64,000 nucleotides of DNA. It comes from a virus. Under the pieces are notes generated by a model that saw only the letters and a list, made by a program, of their open reading frames with translations, did not search any database and was not told the DNA's origin. Positions 20,248 through 30,152 of the stretch are shown piece after piece. The translations under genes and the position numbers were made by a program. The first letter of the stretch is position 1. Every line of letters starts with the position of its first letter. Location: IMG/VR virus record IMGVR_UViG_3300006310_000773; one strand, given 5' to 3'.

Positions 20248-20323
20248 TGGTGGAGCTGACAGGGATCGAACCTGCTACCTCATCCGTGCAAGGGATGCGC
20301 TCTCCCAGTTGAGCTACAGCCCC
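20248..20323 (-). tRNA. tRNA-Ala(UGC)
   Basis: GGGGCTGTAGCTCAACTGGGAGAGCGCATCCCTTGCACGGATGAGGTAGCAGGTTCGATCCCTGTCAGCTCCACCA: cloverleaf, G3:U70 pair, encoded CCA. Confidence 0.96.
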
Positions 20324-20547
20324 TAAATTGGTATGAGTGAATCTTCCCAATTAGCTAACAGTGATCCTGAATTGGGATGAGTGAGAACTTTAAACTCTCC
20401 TAAACTATCCCAAACCCCATCTATTAAATTTGGTTTTTTATTAAAAACTGTAACAGATCCGTCTTCATCTTTAGCCATCCATTTCCAGTTATTTTCTAAA
20501 GAGAATTTTAATTCAATAATCTTGTTCTCTTCCTGTAGATTCTCCAT
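20323..20547 (-). CDS. Hypothetical phage protein
   Basis: WKWMAKDEDG..VFNKKP motif of small phage proteins. Confidence 0.6.
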   Translation of the reverse strand: MENLQEENKIIELKFSLENNWKWMAKDEDGSVTVFNKKPNLIDGVWDSLGEFKVLTHPNSGSLLANWEDSLIPI

Positions 20548-20713
20548 TTGACCTCATTGTTGTGTAATTGTTTGAGTTTTCTTCATATATATCTGATATT
20601 GCGTCTTCCCAATCCTCATCTTCTTCTCTGTTAAAAAAAGGTAAGTGACGCAATACATTATTCATTCTTTGTTTTTTGTGAAATTGCCTTTTGTCAATTT
20701 TTGATTTAGACAT
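20513..20713 (-). CDS. Hypothetical protein
   Basis: Overlap-coupled ORF in the operon. Confidence 0.5.
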   Translation of the reverse strand: MSKSKIDKRQFHKKQRMNNVLRHLPFFNREEDEDWEDAISDIYEENSNNYTTMRSNGESTGREQDY

Positions 20714-21218
20714 CTCTCCTCATTTTTTTTAAATTATGTTTACGCTTTTTCATTGCTTGTTTTAAAATAAAATTAGAAACTTCCCAAAAATATTCTCTGC
20801 CCCTCACATGTTCCATTTCATGTTGAAATATTCTAGAAGAAAGACCATTAAAAACCGCCCCCTTTGTAGATCCATCTGAAACTTCAAATTGTGCCTTTAT
20901 AGATTCTGATCTTCTTATTGCTATCTCCAACCCAGGATATGAAAGACATAATTCTCTAAAATACGTAGTTTCTTCACTGTATTCTATAATTTCAGGATTA
21001 AAAACAACAATTGGTTTACTATCCCAAATCATGGCAAATGCAGATAAATTGAGTCCTATTTGATTACTAGTTAATCCAATCCCTTCGTGCTCTCTCATAT
21101 TTTCTATTAATATATTTGATAATTCTTCAGGATCTTGTTGTGGATTATTCCAATCAAAGGGAACTAACGGTTCACAAAGAATATCTGCTGTTTCTTCAAC
21201 TAATGGTAGGATTCTCAT
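20706..21218 (-). CDS. def: Peptide deformylase
   Basis: GIGLTSNQIG, ELCLSYP, QHEMEH (variant motifs 1-3). Confidence 0.85.
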   Translation of the reverse strand: MRILPLVEETADILCEPLVPFDWNNPQQDPEELSNILIENMREHEGIGLTSNQIGLNLSAFAMIWDSKPIVVFNPEIIEYSEETTYFRELCLSYPGLEIAIRRSESIKAQFEVSDGSTKGAVFNGLSSRIFQHEMEHVRGREYFWEVSNFILKQAMKKRKHNLKKMRRDV

Positions 21219-22929
21219 AATCTACTATTCTACTAAAATAATTTTTCTTTTCAAATTTAATCATGTGTTTAAATTTTTCATAAAGAGATTCTCCCTTATG
21301 AGAGATAACAAAAGTATTAATATTTTTATCTAAACCATTTATCAATTTCAAAAATTCATCTGTTCCTGCTGCATCTAAGGAACTGTCAAATACTTCATCA
21401 AGTATTAATAGATTAGTGTTCATACTATTTTTGATTTTAGCGACTTGTCTCCAAGCAAATAATAATGCCAAATCAATTCTCATCTTCTCACCTTCCGAAA
21501 ATGATGAATATGTAAAGTCATCTCTAAACCTAGATTTTATTGTTTCATTAAAATTTTCATCTAGATTAAATGAAACATAAAAATCTAATGCTGTAAGATT
21601 CCTCTGAATATACGTATTTATTATTGGTAAATAAGTTTTTATAATACGAGATTTAATTCCCCCATCTTTTAATAAAGATGTGGCAACCTCATGTATCTCT
21701 TTAACTGTAAATAAGCCTTTAACCTCTTCTTCATATTTATTTAAATTGTTCTGATAATCTGCTAATTTTTTTCTTTGTTCTTTAATATTTCCTGTCAGAG
21801 AAAGTTTAGATAATTCATCTTTAATCTTTTCAATATATTTTTGTATTCCTAAAATAGAATTTGTATTTTTTGAAATTTTTGATTGAAAATCTGATATCTG
21901 TTCAAGTTGTATAGAAATTTCATCTATTTTTGTTTGAGTGGTTTCTAATTCAGTTATCAGTTCTTTCAATCCACTCTGCTGTTCACCAACTTTATTTTTC
22001 TTAGTTTTAATTTGTTCAGATCTGAATATCTCATCTATTGATTGTTTACATGTTGGACAATCTGTATTTTCTTCATAAAAATGTATTTCATGTTCTTTTG
22101 ACTGTATACTATCCTGAACCTTTTCTTTCAAAATGTCAAGTTTTTTCTTTCGAGTATTGATTTTATTAGAATCTTTAACAGACTCTATCAAAGAATTGGT
22201 AGATTGTTGGATTATTTCATTATCCTTATTATACGAATCTATTTGAATATTCGAATCATCTATTTTCTTTTGATTTTCTTCAATCAATTTTTGATTGTCT
22301 TTTTCAAGAGATGTTATATAATCATTTTGTACATTAATTTGATGATTTATTTTATCTTTTTGTATTGCCAAATCATCTAATTCATTTTTATTTTCAGAAA
22401 CACGCTCCTTCAAAAGATTGTTCATTAATGAAAAAATTTGAATATCTAAAAGAGATTCAATAATATTTCTCCTATCCGTCAATTTTAATTGCATGAATGG
22501 AGTAAAGGATGCAGATCCAAGAATTACAACTTGTGTAAATGATTTATAATTAAATTGTAAAATTGTTTTCTCAAGATATTCTTGATAATCTCTAGAATGA
22601 GAGTCTTGATTTATTAATTTTTGATTACATTTTATTTCAAATATATTAGGTTTTATTCCCCTAGACACTTGATAAAAATTATTTCCAATTGAAAATTCCA
22701 ATTCTACTAATGTTCCTCTTTCATTTGTAGAATTTACCAATTGTGGTTTATTAATATTTCTGAATGGTTTTCCATACAGCGCAAAGCATAGTGCATCAAG
22801 AATGGTTGATTTTCCAGAACCATTCTCTCCAATAATCAATGATGTTGTGGATTTGTCTAAAAGGATTTCGACGGGATTATTTCCTGTTGACAAGAAATTA
22901 GTCCAACGGACCTTCTTAAATATTATCAT
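21196..22929 (-). CDS. g46: Recombination ATPase gp46 (SbcC/Rad50-like)
   Basis: GENGSGKS, CPTC zinc hook, FSEGEKMRIDL, LDEVFDSSLD. Confidence 0.96.
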   Translation of the reverse strand: MIIFKKVRWTNFLSTGNNPVEILLDKSTTSLIIGENGSGKSTILDALCFALYGKPFRNINKPQLVNSTNERGTLVELEFSIGNNFYQVSRGIKPNIFEIKCNQKLINQDSHSRDYQEYLEKTILQFNYKSFTQVVILGSASFTPFMQLKLTDRRNIIESLLDIQIFSLMNNLLKERVSENKNELDDLAIQKDKINHQINVQNDYITSLEKDNQKLIEENQKKIDDSNIQIDSYNKDNEIIQQSTNSLIESVKDSNKINTRKKKLDILKEKVQDSIQSKEHEIHFYEENTDCPTCKQSIDEIFRSEQIKTKKNKVGEQQSGLKELITELETTQTKIDEISIQLEQISDFQSKISKNTNSILGIQKYIEKIKDELSKLSLTGNIKEQRKKLADYQNNLNKYEEEVKGLFTVKEIHEVATSLLKDGGIKSRIIKTYLPIINTYIQRNLTALDFYVSFNLDENFNETIKSRFRDDFTYSSFSEGEKMRIDLALLFAWRQVAKIKNSMNTNLLILDEVFDSSLDAAGTDEFLKLINGLDKNINTFVISHKGESLYEKFKHMIKFEKKNYFSRIVDYENPTIS

Positions 22930-23231
22930 TAAGATTCATTTAAAAGTTGGGGACGAGAATCGTGTTCAAATCGATGCTCTCCACTTTCAATTCCTTGTCT
23001 TAAAATATCTATACAATATGCATTGAGCGTTACATTATTTTCATGTGCTAAAATAGCGAGCTTGATTGCGTCTTTATTAGGTAATGAAATGGGTATATTT
23101 GATTTTGTTTCTATCATTGGATTGCCAGGCCCGCATGCGGTCGGCTTTCTCTTTGGTTTCGTGCCTTTAATTGATTCTTCCTGTGTTTTTCGTCTTTGTC
23201 TTTCTATCTCATCCATATCATAATTGCTCAT
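22929..23231 (-). CDS. Hypothetical protein
   Basis: ORF between g47 and g46 with SD; LAILAHENNVTLN is ribbon-helix-helix-like. Confidence 0.55.
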   Translation of the reverse strand: MSNYDMDEIERQRRKTQEESIKGTKPKRKPTACGPGNPMIETKSNIPISLPNKDAIKLAILAHENNVTLNAYCIDILRQGIESGEHRFEHDSRPQLLNES

Positions 23232-23239
23232 GGTTTCCT

Positions 23240-24304
23240 TTATGAAGTAATAAATTCAGTTTGAAGTGCTTCAGTATGTAAATCTCTCATTAAAATATCA
23301 AGTTCTCCTTTATTCACATTAGTTTCTAATGCTTCTATATATCTTGATACAATTGACATTGTGTCTTCAGACTCAATATCTTCTATAAGTTGATCAGATA
23401 TCATACTATCAATATGTGTGTCTACTACCACCACACTAGATGGATCATTTTGCTCTATTCTTTGTATTAATTGTTCCATCAAGTAAGAGTCAGATTTCTT
23501 TTGGACAACTACTTTAACATAACAATTCTTATATTCAGAATAATCAGCATTTACTATATCAGTAAAATCTTTATCTGTATCATCATAATATATTTTTTTA
23601 AAAATTACCTTTTCATTTGGTATAAATTCTAACTCTCTTGATTCTGTATCAAAAATATGAAACCCCTTTTGATCTGCATAGTCTTGCCAAGTCATTTCAT
23701 ATGGATTGCCCAAATAAAATAAAGTTCCATTATCAGATTTATGATGAAAATGTCCACTTAATACAACATCAAATTTCTCAAATATATTTTTCTTCATTCC
23801 CTCTTGTGAATATACGCCACTATGCATTTCAAATCCATCTACTTGAAAATGACCAAACATTACTTGAGATTTTGTTTCTTTTATCGCACTAATACATTCT
23901 TCATAATTTTCATCATTAATCCAGGGCATGAACAAAATATCCAAAGTTCCAAATTTTACTTCTTTGGGAACATTATAAATTTCAAAATCATATTCTCGCA
24001 ACAATAAATCTGTACTTGCTACATCATTTGTATTTTTATAATAAACATCATGATTACCTAAAATAAAATGACATGGATATTCTTGACATGGCTTGAAAAA
24101 TTTTTCTCTCCAAGAAGATAGTGTATTGAAATTAATATACTTTCTTCTATCAAATAAATCTCCAAGATGAATTATGGCTTCTACTCCTCTTTCCTTTATT
24201 GTAGGAAAAAATTGATTTTCATAAAAATCCATAAAAAAATTATTAAAAATAGCAGAATCATTTCTTGCACCCGCATGGGTATCAGTTATCAGCGCTAGCT
24301 TCAT
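23240..24304 (-). CDS. g47: Recombination endonuclease gp47 (SbcD/Mre11-like)
   Basis: DTHAG, LGDLFD, GNHD, SGHFH; start MKLALITD at 24304. Confidence 0.95.
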   Translation of the reverse strand: MKLALITDTHAGARNDSAIFNNFFMDFYENQFFPTIKERGVEAIIHLGDLFDRRKYINFNTLSSWREKFFKPCQEYPCHFILGNHDVYYKNTNDVASTDLLLREYDFEIYNVPKEVKFGTLDILFMPWINDENYEECISAIKETKSQVMFGHFQVDGFEMHSGVYSQEGMKKNIFEKFDVVLSGHFHHKSDNGTLFYLGNPYEMTWQDYADQKGFHIFDTESRELEFIPNEKVIFKKIYYDDTDKDFTDIVNADYSEYKNCYVKVVVQKKSDSYLMEQLIQRIEQNDPSSVVVVDTHIDSMISDQLIEDIESEDTMSIVSRYIEALETNVNKGELDILMRDLHTEALQTEFITS

Positions 24305-24848
24305 CTTTTTCTTCTTTATATAATGGTGGTGTGGGTTTGGCTTTTTTGGATTTTTTTCTTTTATATCTTTCAAAATTATCTATAAAATCATAAATTTCTG
24401 AAAATTTTTCCATAGATACTTGATCTGTTGCACCTGTAGATTTTTCAGATGCAATATAATCAGCATTGTCTTCCAAAAATCTATTTTTATCAATCGTTTT
24501 ATATTTAATATATAACTGTTTTTTTTCTTTTTGTATTCTTCTTAAAAATGCATAATATATAATTTGTGTGAAATATGCGAATGGATTTGATGATTTTTCA
24601 GGATCAAAATTATTAACATACTGCAAACAATTTTCTATACCATCAGATATCATATCTTCTCTAAATGCATAATTCATAAAATTTGGTCTATGAGAAAGCC
24701 TCTCTGCTATCAACATAAAACATTCTCCAATATAATCTGGAAGTAAAGGCGATTCTTCTCCTTTATCTTTTGTAATTAAATACTTATTTCTATATTCTTG
24801 GATTTCTTCTAAGAATTTTGCATTATTTACATAATGCTTTGATGCCAT
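24282..24848 (-). CDS. g55: Late-transcription sigma factor gp55
   Basis: HYVNN, MISDGIENCLQY, NPFAYFTQIIYYAFLRRI. Confidence 0.96.
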   Translation of the reverse strand: MASKHYVNNAKFLEEIQEYRNKYLITKDKGEESPLLPDYIGECFMLIAERLSHRPNFMNYAFREDMISDGIENCLQYVNNFDPEKSSNPFAYFTQIIYYAFLRRIQKEKKQLYIKYKTIDKNRFLEDNADYIASEKSTGATDQVSMEKFSEIYDFIDNFERYKRKKSKKAKPTPPLYKEEKDEASADN

Positions 24849-24881
24849 AATTAACTCCTTATAAATTTTTAAATATAACTA

Positions 24882-24910
24882 ATTATATCATAGGAAAGGG
24901 CAAGAGTCAA
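24882..24910 (-). promoter_or_regulatory. Sigma70-type promoter for g55
   Basis: TTGACT-17-TATAAT. Confidence 0.75.
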
Positions 24911-24924
24911 TATAAATCTTTTTA

Positions 24925-26439
24925 CTATCCTTTAAACTTTAAATTTCTAATTTTATATGGAAAACTTTCTTCATTATACATTTGAATTCTTATTTTAAAA
25001 TGATTCAATGTATAATTTGATTTACTTTTCCAAGATAGATCATCACTAATATCATAAAGGGTCGCCATTTCTTTTGTTGCACTTTTACGCAATCCTCTAC
25101 CTATCGATTGAAGGTTCCTAATACGAGATTTAGAAGGACTAGCGAAAATAATGTTGTGAAGATTCCTAATGTTGACGCCGGTACTGTATACGCCATAACT
25201 GGCAATAATAATCGCGTTTTTTGATTTTTCTGTAATTCCTCTGAATTGTTCTCTTCGTTCGGCGTCGGTTCCGCCATATATAAAAAATATTCTTCGCTTA
25301 TCATTTGATCCTTCCTTTATTGCTTCAAATAAAGACTTTCCATGTTTGATTAGAGAAAACAATATTAATGTATTCCCATTTAGCGTCAATGCTAGATTTT
25401 TAATGAAAGTTATTCTATTTTTATTAGTTATTAAATATTCAAGTTCTTCTCTATATTTTAATTTTTTTGCAGCCTCACATATATCATCACTATACTGTAA
25501 TACTAAAGATTCTATTTTAAATGGTGATAGTATACTTTTATCAATAAGATCCTTTGTAGTAGTCGATTTAAAAACTCGACCAAATAACCCTTCTAAAACT
25601 AGTTTATGTGTCTGAGTGCCATCTAGAGTCCCTGTAGAGCCTATTCTATAGTCCGCATTTATGGCTTTAGTCATTATATTTGTTAATGATTTTGATTTAA
25701 ATCCATGAGCCTCATCTCCAAATATTGCATCATATTGAGAAAAATATTCCTCTTTTAATTTATATATACTCTGCCATGTAGAAATGATAATAGGTTTTTC
25801 TGAAACCTTATCTTGTCCAGCAAAAACAACATGACAATTATCTCTATTAGACCATCCATTATTTATTGAATAATCTCCAAAATCATTATACATTTGTGAT
25901 GTGAGTGACGTTGTGGGTACTATTAAAAGTATCTTCTTTTTATTTAAATGATCCTGTAAATATCTTATTAACAAATATATTATAAATGATTTTCCAGAAG
26001 CCGTCGGAGATACTAATAACATTCTTTTATAAATTATACCCGCCCGTATAGCATCAAATTGATAATCATGTGGATCAAATGGTAATTTTAAACTTACAAT
26101 ATAATCAAATAAATCACCATCCGTTATGTTATGGATATTATTAACATTTTCTTGACAAATACATGGATACTTTCTGCCTTGAGCAAACTTCTGCACATAA
26201 GATAATAAACCAAAATAAAGTCTTTGGTCATGTACACTATATAATCTAATTTTTCCATCCCACAATTTTTCTCTAAATGCGGGCATGAATTGAAATCCTG
26301 GAACACTAAATGTAAAATAATCACACAATTCTTGTGCAACTGATGGATTTGTCTTTACTTTAATGTATGATTCATTTATTTTTGATACAAATAAAGTATC
26401 AATGTTCTGGATTTGTGAACTTGTGCCACTCGATTGCAT
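24925..26439 (-). CDS. uvsW: SF2 helicase UvsW
   Basis: SPTASGKS, DEAH, QSIGRGLR. Confidence 0.95.
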   Translation of the reverse strand: MQSSGTSSQIQNIDTLFVSKINESYIKVKTNPSVAQELCDYFTFSVPGFQFMPAFREKLWDGKIRLYSVHDQRLYFGLLSYVQKFAQGRKYPCICQENVNNIHNITDGDLFDYIVSLKLPFDPHDYQFDAIRAGIIYKRMLLVSPTASGKSFIIYLLIRYLQDHLNKKKILLIVPTTSLTSQMYNDFGDYSINNGWSNRDNCHVVFAGQDKVSEKPIIISTWQSIYKLKEEYFSQYDAIFGDEAHGFKSKSLTNIMTKAINADYRIGSTGTLDGTQTHKLVLEGLFGRVFKSTTTKDLIDKSILSPFKIESLVLQYSDDICEAAKKLKYREELEYLITNKNRITFIKNLALTLNGNTLILFSLIKHGKSLFEAIKEGSNDKRRIFFIYGGTDAERREQFRGITEKSKNAIIIASYGVYSTGVNIRNLHNIIFASPSKSRIRNLQSIGRGLRKSATKEMATLYDISDDLSWKSKSNYTLNHFKIRIQMYNEESFPYKIRNLKFKG

Positions 26440-26836
26440 TCTTAATATTCCATGTTCTTTGAGATATTTCTTTTATTATAGATTCGAGATATGTTATTTT
26501 TTGATTTTGTAACTCCAATTTCAATCGTATATCTATAAATTCTTGTTCACCTTCGATCAATGCATTAACATCATCCTTTGTAAGTTTATGTCCTCTTTTA
26601 ACTGGAAAAACTTCATCATTATTCTCATCTATACTTATACCATTAAAATATGACCATTTTTTCTTTCTGAGAATATGTTTTTGAGATTCTATGTATTTAC
26701 TAGCTAATATTTCCTGATTTAAAATTTTGAAATATTTGTTATGTAACTGGGGGGATTTGAGGGATTCTCCTGATAAATCGGCAGAATCTATTTTACTGTC
26801 TGTTTCCCACAGACTTTCAATTTCTTCAATTTTCAT
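26399..26836 (-). CDS. uvsY: Recombination mediator UvsY
   Basis: PQLHNKY, RTWNIKNAIEWHKF. Confidence 0.9.
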   Translation of the reverse strand: MKIEEIESLWETDSKIDSADLSGESLKSPQLHNKYFKILNQEILASKYIESQKHILRKKKWSYFNGISIDENNDEVFPVKRGHKLTKDDVNALIEGEQEFIDIRLKLELQNQKITYLESIIKEISQRTWNIKNAIEWHKFTNPEH

Positions 26837-26848
26837 AATATAATCCTA

Positions 26849-27385
26849 TTATTTTCGTATGTTTTCTATATCAAATGATCTATAAGAAAAAGTGGCATCA
26901 GCTTGAATATATTGAATATCTTCATTTGCTGTATCAAAATTTACAGCTGATAACATCATTGGAAAACAATCTTTAAAAGATACTCTAATTTTTGGAGTAG
27001 ATGCTCCTGTCAATACTATTAGAGTCGCGTCAGATGTAATTCCCGCGTTCGCCCCTGGTGCTGCTGGATCAGAATCTTTAAGTGCCTTATATTGATCAAA
27101 ACTGTCCGGAAATCCCAAACCTTGCATCCACTTAAATATTTCAGTAAAATTTAACATATCTTCATCAATAATAAATCTAACAATAAAATCCTGAAATTCT
27201 ACTCTATCTCCTGGATAAGGTATTCTTGTAAATGGGGTTTCTAGGGGAACTGACATAAGGGAAATTCCAGGAAGAGTAATTCCTTGGCAGAAATACTCAA
27301 CGTTGGGTAATTTGTTTAATAAAAACTTAAACCCAACTGGAGAAAGATAACTTAAATTTTCAGGTCTGCCTGCTATTGTTGCCAT
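26849..27385 (-). CDS. g3: Tail completion/sheath stabilizer gp3
   Basis: YLSPVGFKF, YFCQGITLPG, SDATL, ATFSY. Confidence 0.85.
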   Translation of the reverse strand: MATIAGRPENLSYLSPVGFKFLLNKLPNVEYFCQGITLPGISLMSVPLETPFTRIPYPGDRVEFQDFIVRFIIDEDMLNFTEIFKWMQGLGFPDSFDQYKALKDSDPAAPGANAGITSDATLIVLTGASTPKIRVSFKDCFPMMLSAVNFDTANEDIQYIQADATFSYRSFDIENIRK

Positions 27386-27402
27386 AATAGTATTTAGGGC
27401 GT

Positions 27403-27441
27403 AAAAAAAGGGGAGACGTCAAAGACTAACTCCCCCTTTTT
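27403..27441 (-). terminator. Intrinsic terminator after g23
   Basis: GGGGAG...CTCCCC stem flanked by A/T tracts. Confidence 0.8.
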
Positions 27442-27448
27442 GGTTAGA

Positions 27449-28786
27449 TTACATCAAGTTAGCAACTTTGACCAATCTGTAATACACATTTTGGTTAGTC
27501 GCACCGAGTGTACCGTCGATGTCAACTGCACCAGCTGCGGCGGATGTAGCGAAAGGATTAGCTACCATACCATAACGAGTTTTAAACCCGATACGTGGCT
27601 GGAAGTTATCTTCACCAATTGCTCTTACCATTTGCAGTGGAACATATGGACAATAGAAAAGTCCAGCATCATAAGGACTAGAACCTTTGTAACCAACAAT
27701 CATATAGTTGGTTGCTTGGTTAGCCGCAAATGGATCAATGTAAACTTTGAATCGACCATTGAGAACACCAGCAAAAGTATTACCAGTATCATCAACGTTA
27801 ATTCCAGTTTGCATCGCTGGAGTGTAGTCTAGAACACCTGCCATTTGAAGTGCCGAAGCAACATCAGATGCACAAATGATCATGTTCCCTTTTCCTCTAC
27901 GTGTGTCTTTTGCTATCGCATTAGCTTCACGTTCGATTTGGAACATCAGACCTTTAAATTTTTCAACTGACCATCTACCGTTAGAGTCAACGTCTAAGTC
28001 GAAAGTACCTGCGGTTGCAGTACCATATGCTGCACCAGGTTTCGCTGACGAGCCAATGGAACGAATGACTTCTCTATTAATTTCAGCCAAAATTTCAGCG
28101 GAAAGAATATTAGCCAATTCAGTTTCAGCGTCAAGACCATGAATTGCTTTCAAGTCTTGTGCCAATTCCATTGAGTATGCACCTTTCAGTGCTCTACTTA
28201 CTGCGGTTACGGTTACCTTCTCGATTGAGAAAGCCATTTCTGGAATAGCGTCACCATCAACTTGAGGATCATTTGCGCCTCTTGTCTCTGCATTAGCTGT
28301 TGACATACCGGTATATGCCATATATCCAGAATCTGCAGGATTATCACCGGTTTGCGTGTTCGCTGCGTTGGTATTCGCTGAACCAAATGAAGTATTAGCT
28401 TCATTAAAGAGAGCCTCATCGCCACCTTGTGTAGCATATCTTGCTCTCATCGCAAAAATAAGACCGGTAGGTCCTGTCATCGGTTGTACACCACAAACGT
28501 CATACGCAACTAGGTTAGGCATCGCACGTCTTACCAACGAAATAAGTACTGGATCGTAGATATCTACTGATCCATCTCCAGCTGTAGAGCTGGAAGCACC
28601 CATGACATTAGTAGGACCTGACTCCGCTAAGAGCCCCATACCACCACGCGATTCGCGCATCATACGTTCTTGGTTTTCTAAAATTACAGCGGTCACCTGT
28701 CTTTTATAAGGATCTTTAATCTCATCCAAATCAGGATGATTGATCACAGGTGCCCACTTTTTTTGAATTTCTTCAGCAATATACAT
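27449..28786 (-). CDS. g23: Major capsid protein gp23
   Basis: GVQPMTGPTGLIFAMR, ELAQDLKAIHGLDAE, FQPRIGFKTRYG. Confidence 0.98.
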   Translation of the reverse strand: MYIAEEIQKKWAPVINHPDLDEIKDPYKRQVTAVILENQERMMRESRGGMGLLAESGPTNVMGASSSTAGDGSVDIYDPVLISLVRRAMPNLVAYDVCGVQPMTGPTGLIFAMRARYATQGGDEALFNEANTSFGSANTNAANTQTGDNPADSGYMAYTGMSTANAETRGANDPQVDGDAIPEMAFSIEKVTVTAVSRALKGAYSMELAQDLKAIHGLDAETELANILSAEILAEINREVIRSIGSSAKPGAAYGTATAGTFDLDVDSNGRWSVEKFKGLMFQIEREANAIAKDTRRGKGNMIICASDVASALQMAGVLDYTPAMQTGINVDDTGNTFAGVLNGRFKVYIDPFAANQATNYMIVGYKGSSPYDAGLFYCPYVPLQMVRAIGEDNFQPRIGFKTRYGMVANPFATSAAAGAVDIDGTLGATNQNVYYRLVKVANLM

Positions 28787-28823
28787 TTATTCTCCTTTAA
28801 TGTATAAGTGGTTATAAGTTAAA

Positions 28824-30077
28824 TTACTTAGTTTTAGTGTCTAACATATTAAGATATGCTTGCATTTGAGCATCTCTTTTTTCCGCTTGAACACCTTCAA
28901 TTTCTTCACTCAGTTCCTCGGTCGATAAAGTTGTTTCAGTGACATCGTCTTCACTTTTAACTACTTCTTTTTGAGGAAAATATGATTCTTTTAGCATTGC
29001 TAATTTAGCTTTAAATTGGTCTTCATTTTCAAACTCTACACCTTCCGCTAAACTGGAAATTTTTTCTTTTTGTGTGTCTGCCAAATCTTCACAAACATCA
29101 CTCAAGATTCCTTCTTTTGTAGCTTCTGCGAGGTCTTTTTTCAAAGAAACGTTTTTATCAATTTCTTCGTTCAATTTACTTTCAAGTTCTTCGACCTTAT
29201 CAAACAGGTCATCCACAATGTCTACTTTCTCTTCTGGAACATCTATGTAATGTTCTTTAAAGAGATTTCTTAAACCTGTCATAAAATCGTCTGTTAATTC
29301 AGATTTAATCCCTCGCTCAACCGCAAGGTTATTGTCTTCCATCCATTCTGTAACGACATAGTTGAGATAGTTGTCTACCTTTTCAACCATTTCACCTTGG
29401 AATTTCTTTGTTGAATCTTCAATTTCGTTGAGATATTCTTCTTCGATTTTTTCAACTCTCTTATTTACTTCATCTACTACTTTAGCTTTTACAGCTGTTT
29501 CATAGATATCTTTAGCTTTCGCTTTAAATTCATCTGAAAGTTCTTCTTTACCAGACATTGCCTCAATATCCTCATTGGAATCGAGTTCAATATCATCTGC
29601 GGTAAGATCTTTTCGAGAATAAAGAATTTTTTCTTGTGCTTCAGCAACAACATCTTCTTCTGCCGCTTCTGCATCAGCAGTTGAATTTAATTCTTGAATA
29701 TCTAAATCTACTAAATCTTGAATTAATCCAAATTTTTCGGAAATTTCATCCTTATTCATACCCTTCAACATTTCATAAACTTGTGCAATCATACCATTTT
29801 TAGTATTTGATTTCACTTCCTTTTCTTCATGTGCGGGTTTTACTGAATTTCCTTGAGTTGGTTGCTTTTTTTCTGGATTTCTTTTATCCGCTTTTCTGGA
29901 TGGTGATTGAGACGTTCCTGCATCGGGTTTATTCGCTTTTCCCGTATTTGGATCATCGCCACCTAAATCTTGAACCCCTGCAGGAGCTTCGTCTAGCTCT
30001 TCTACGGGAGCTTCATTTTCAGCTTCAGCCTGTCCTTCTTCGAGAACTTCTGCTTCCGTTGTTTCTTCTTTTACCAT
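28824..30077 (-). CDS. g22: Prohead scaffold gp22
   Basis: LSDEFKAKA..IYETAV, VDNYLNYVVTEWM, LRNLFKEHYIDVP; long acidic N-terminus. Confidence 0.9.
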   Translation of the reverse strand: MVKEETTEAEVLEEGQAEAENEAPVEELDEAPAGVQDLGGDDPNTGKANKPDAGTSQSPSRKADKRNPEKKQPTQGNSVKPAHEEKEVKSNTKNGMIAQVYEMLKGMNKDEISEKFGLIQDLVDLDIQELNSTADAEAAEEDVVAEAQEKILYSRKDLTADDIELDSNEDIEAMSGKEELSDEFKAKAKDIYETAVKAKVVDEVNKRVEKIEEEYLNEIEDSTKKFQGEMVEKVDNYLNYVVTEWMEDNNLAVERGIKSELTDDFMTGLRNLFKEHYIDVPEEKVDIVDDLFDKVEELESKLNEEIDKNVSLKKDLAEATKEGILSDVCEDLADTQKEKISSLAEGVEFENEDQFKAKLAMLKESYFPQKEVVKSEDDVTETTLSTEELSEEIEGVQAEKRDAQMQAYLNMLDTKTK

Positions 30078-30139
30078 TTTTATTGCTCCTAACTGAGTTT
30101 CAAATATTAATGGAATATATTTGTCTATAATTGTTTAAG

Positions 30140-30147
30140 TATTTATA
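30140..30147 (-). promoter_or_regulatory. T4-type late promoter for g22-g23
   Basis: TATAAATA. Confidence 0.7.
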
Positions 30148-30152
30148 ATACT

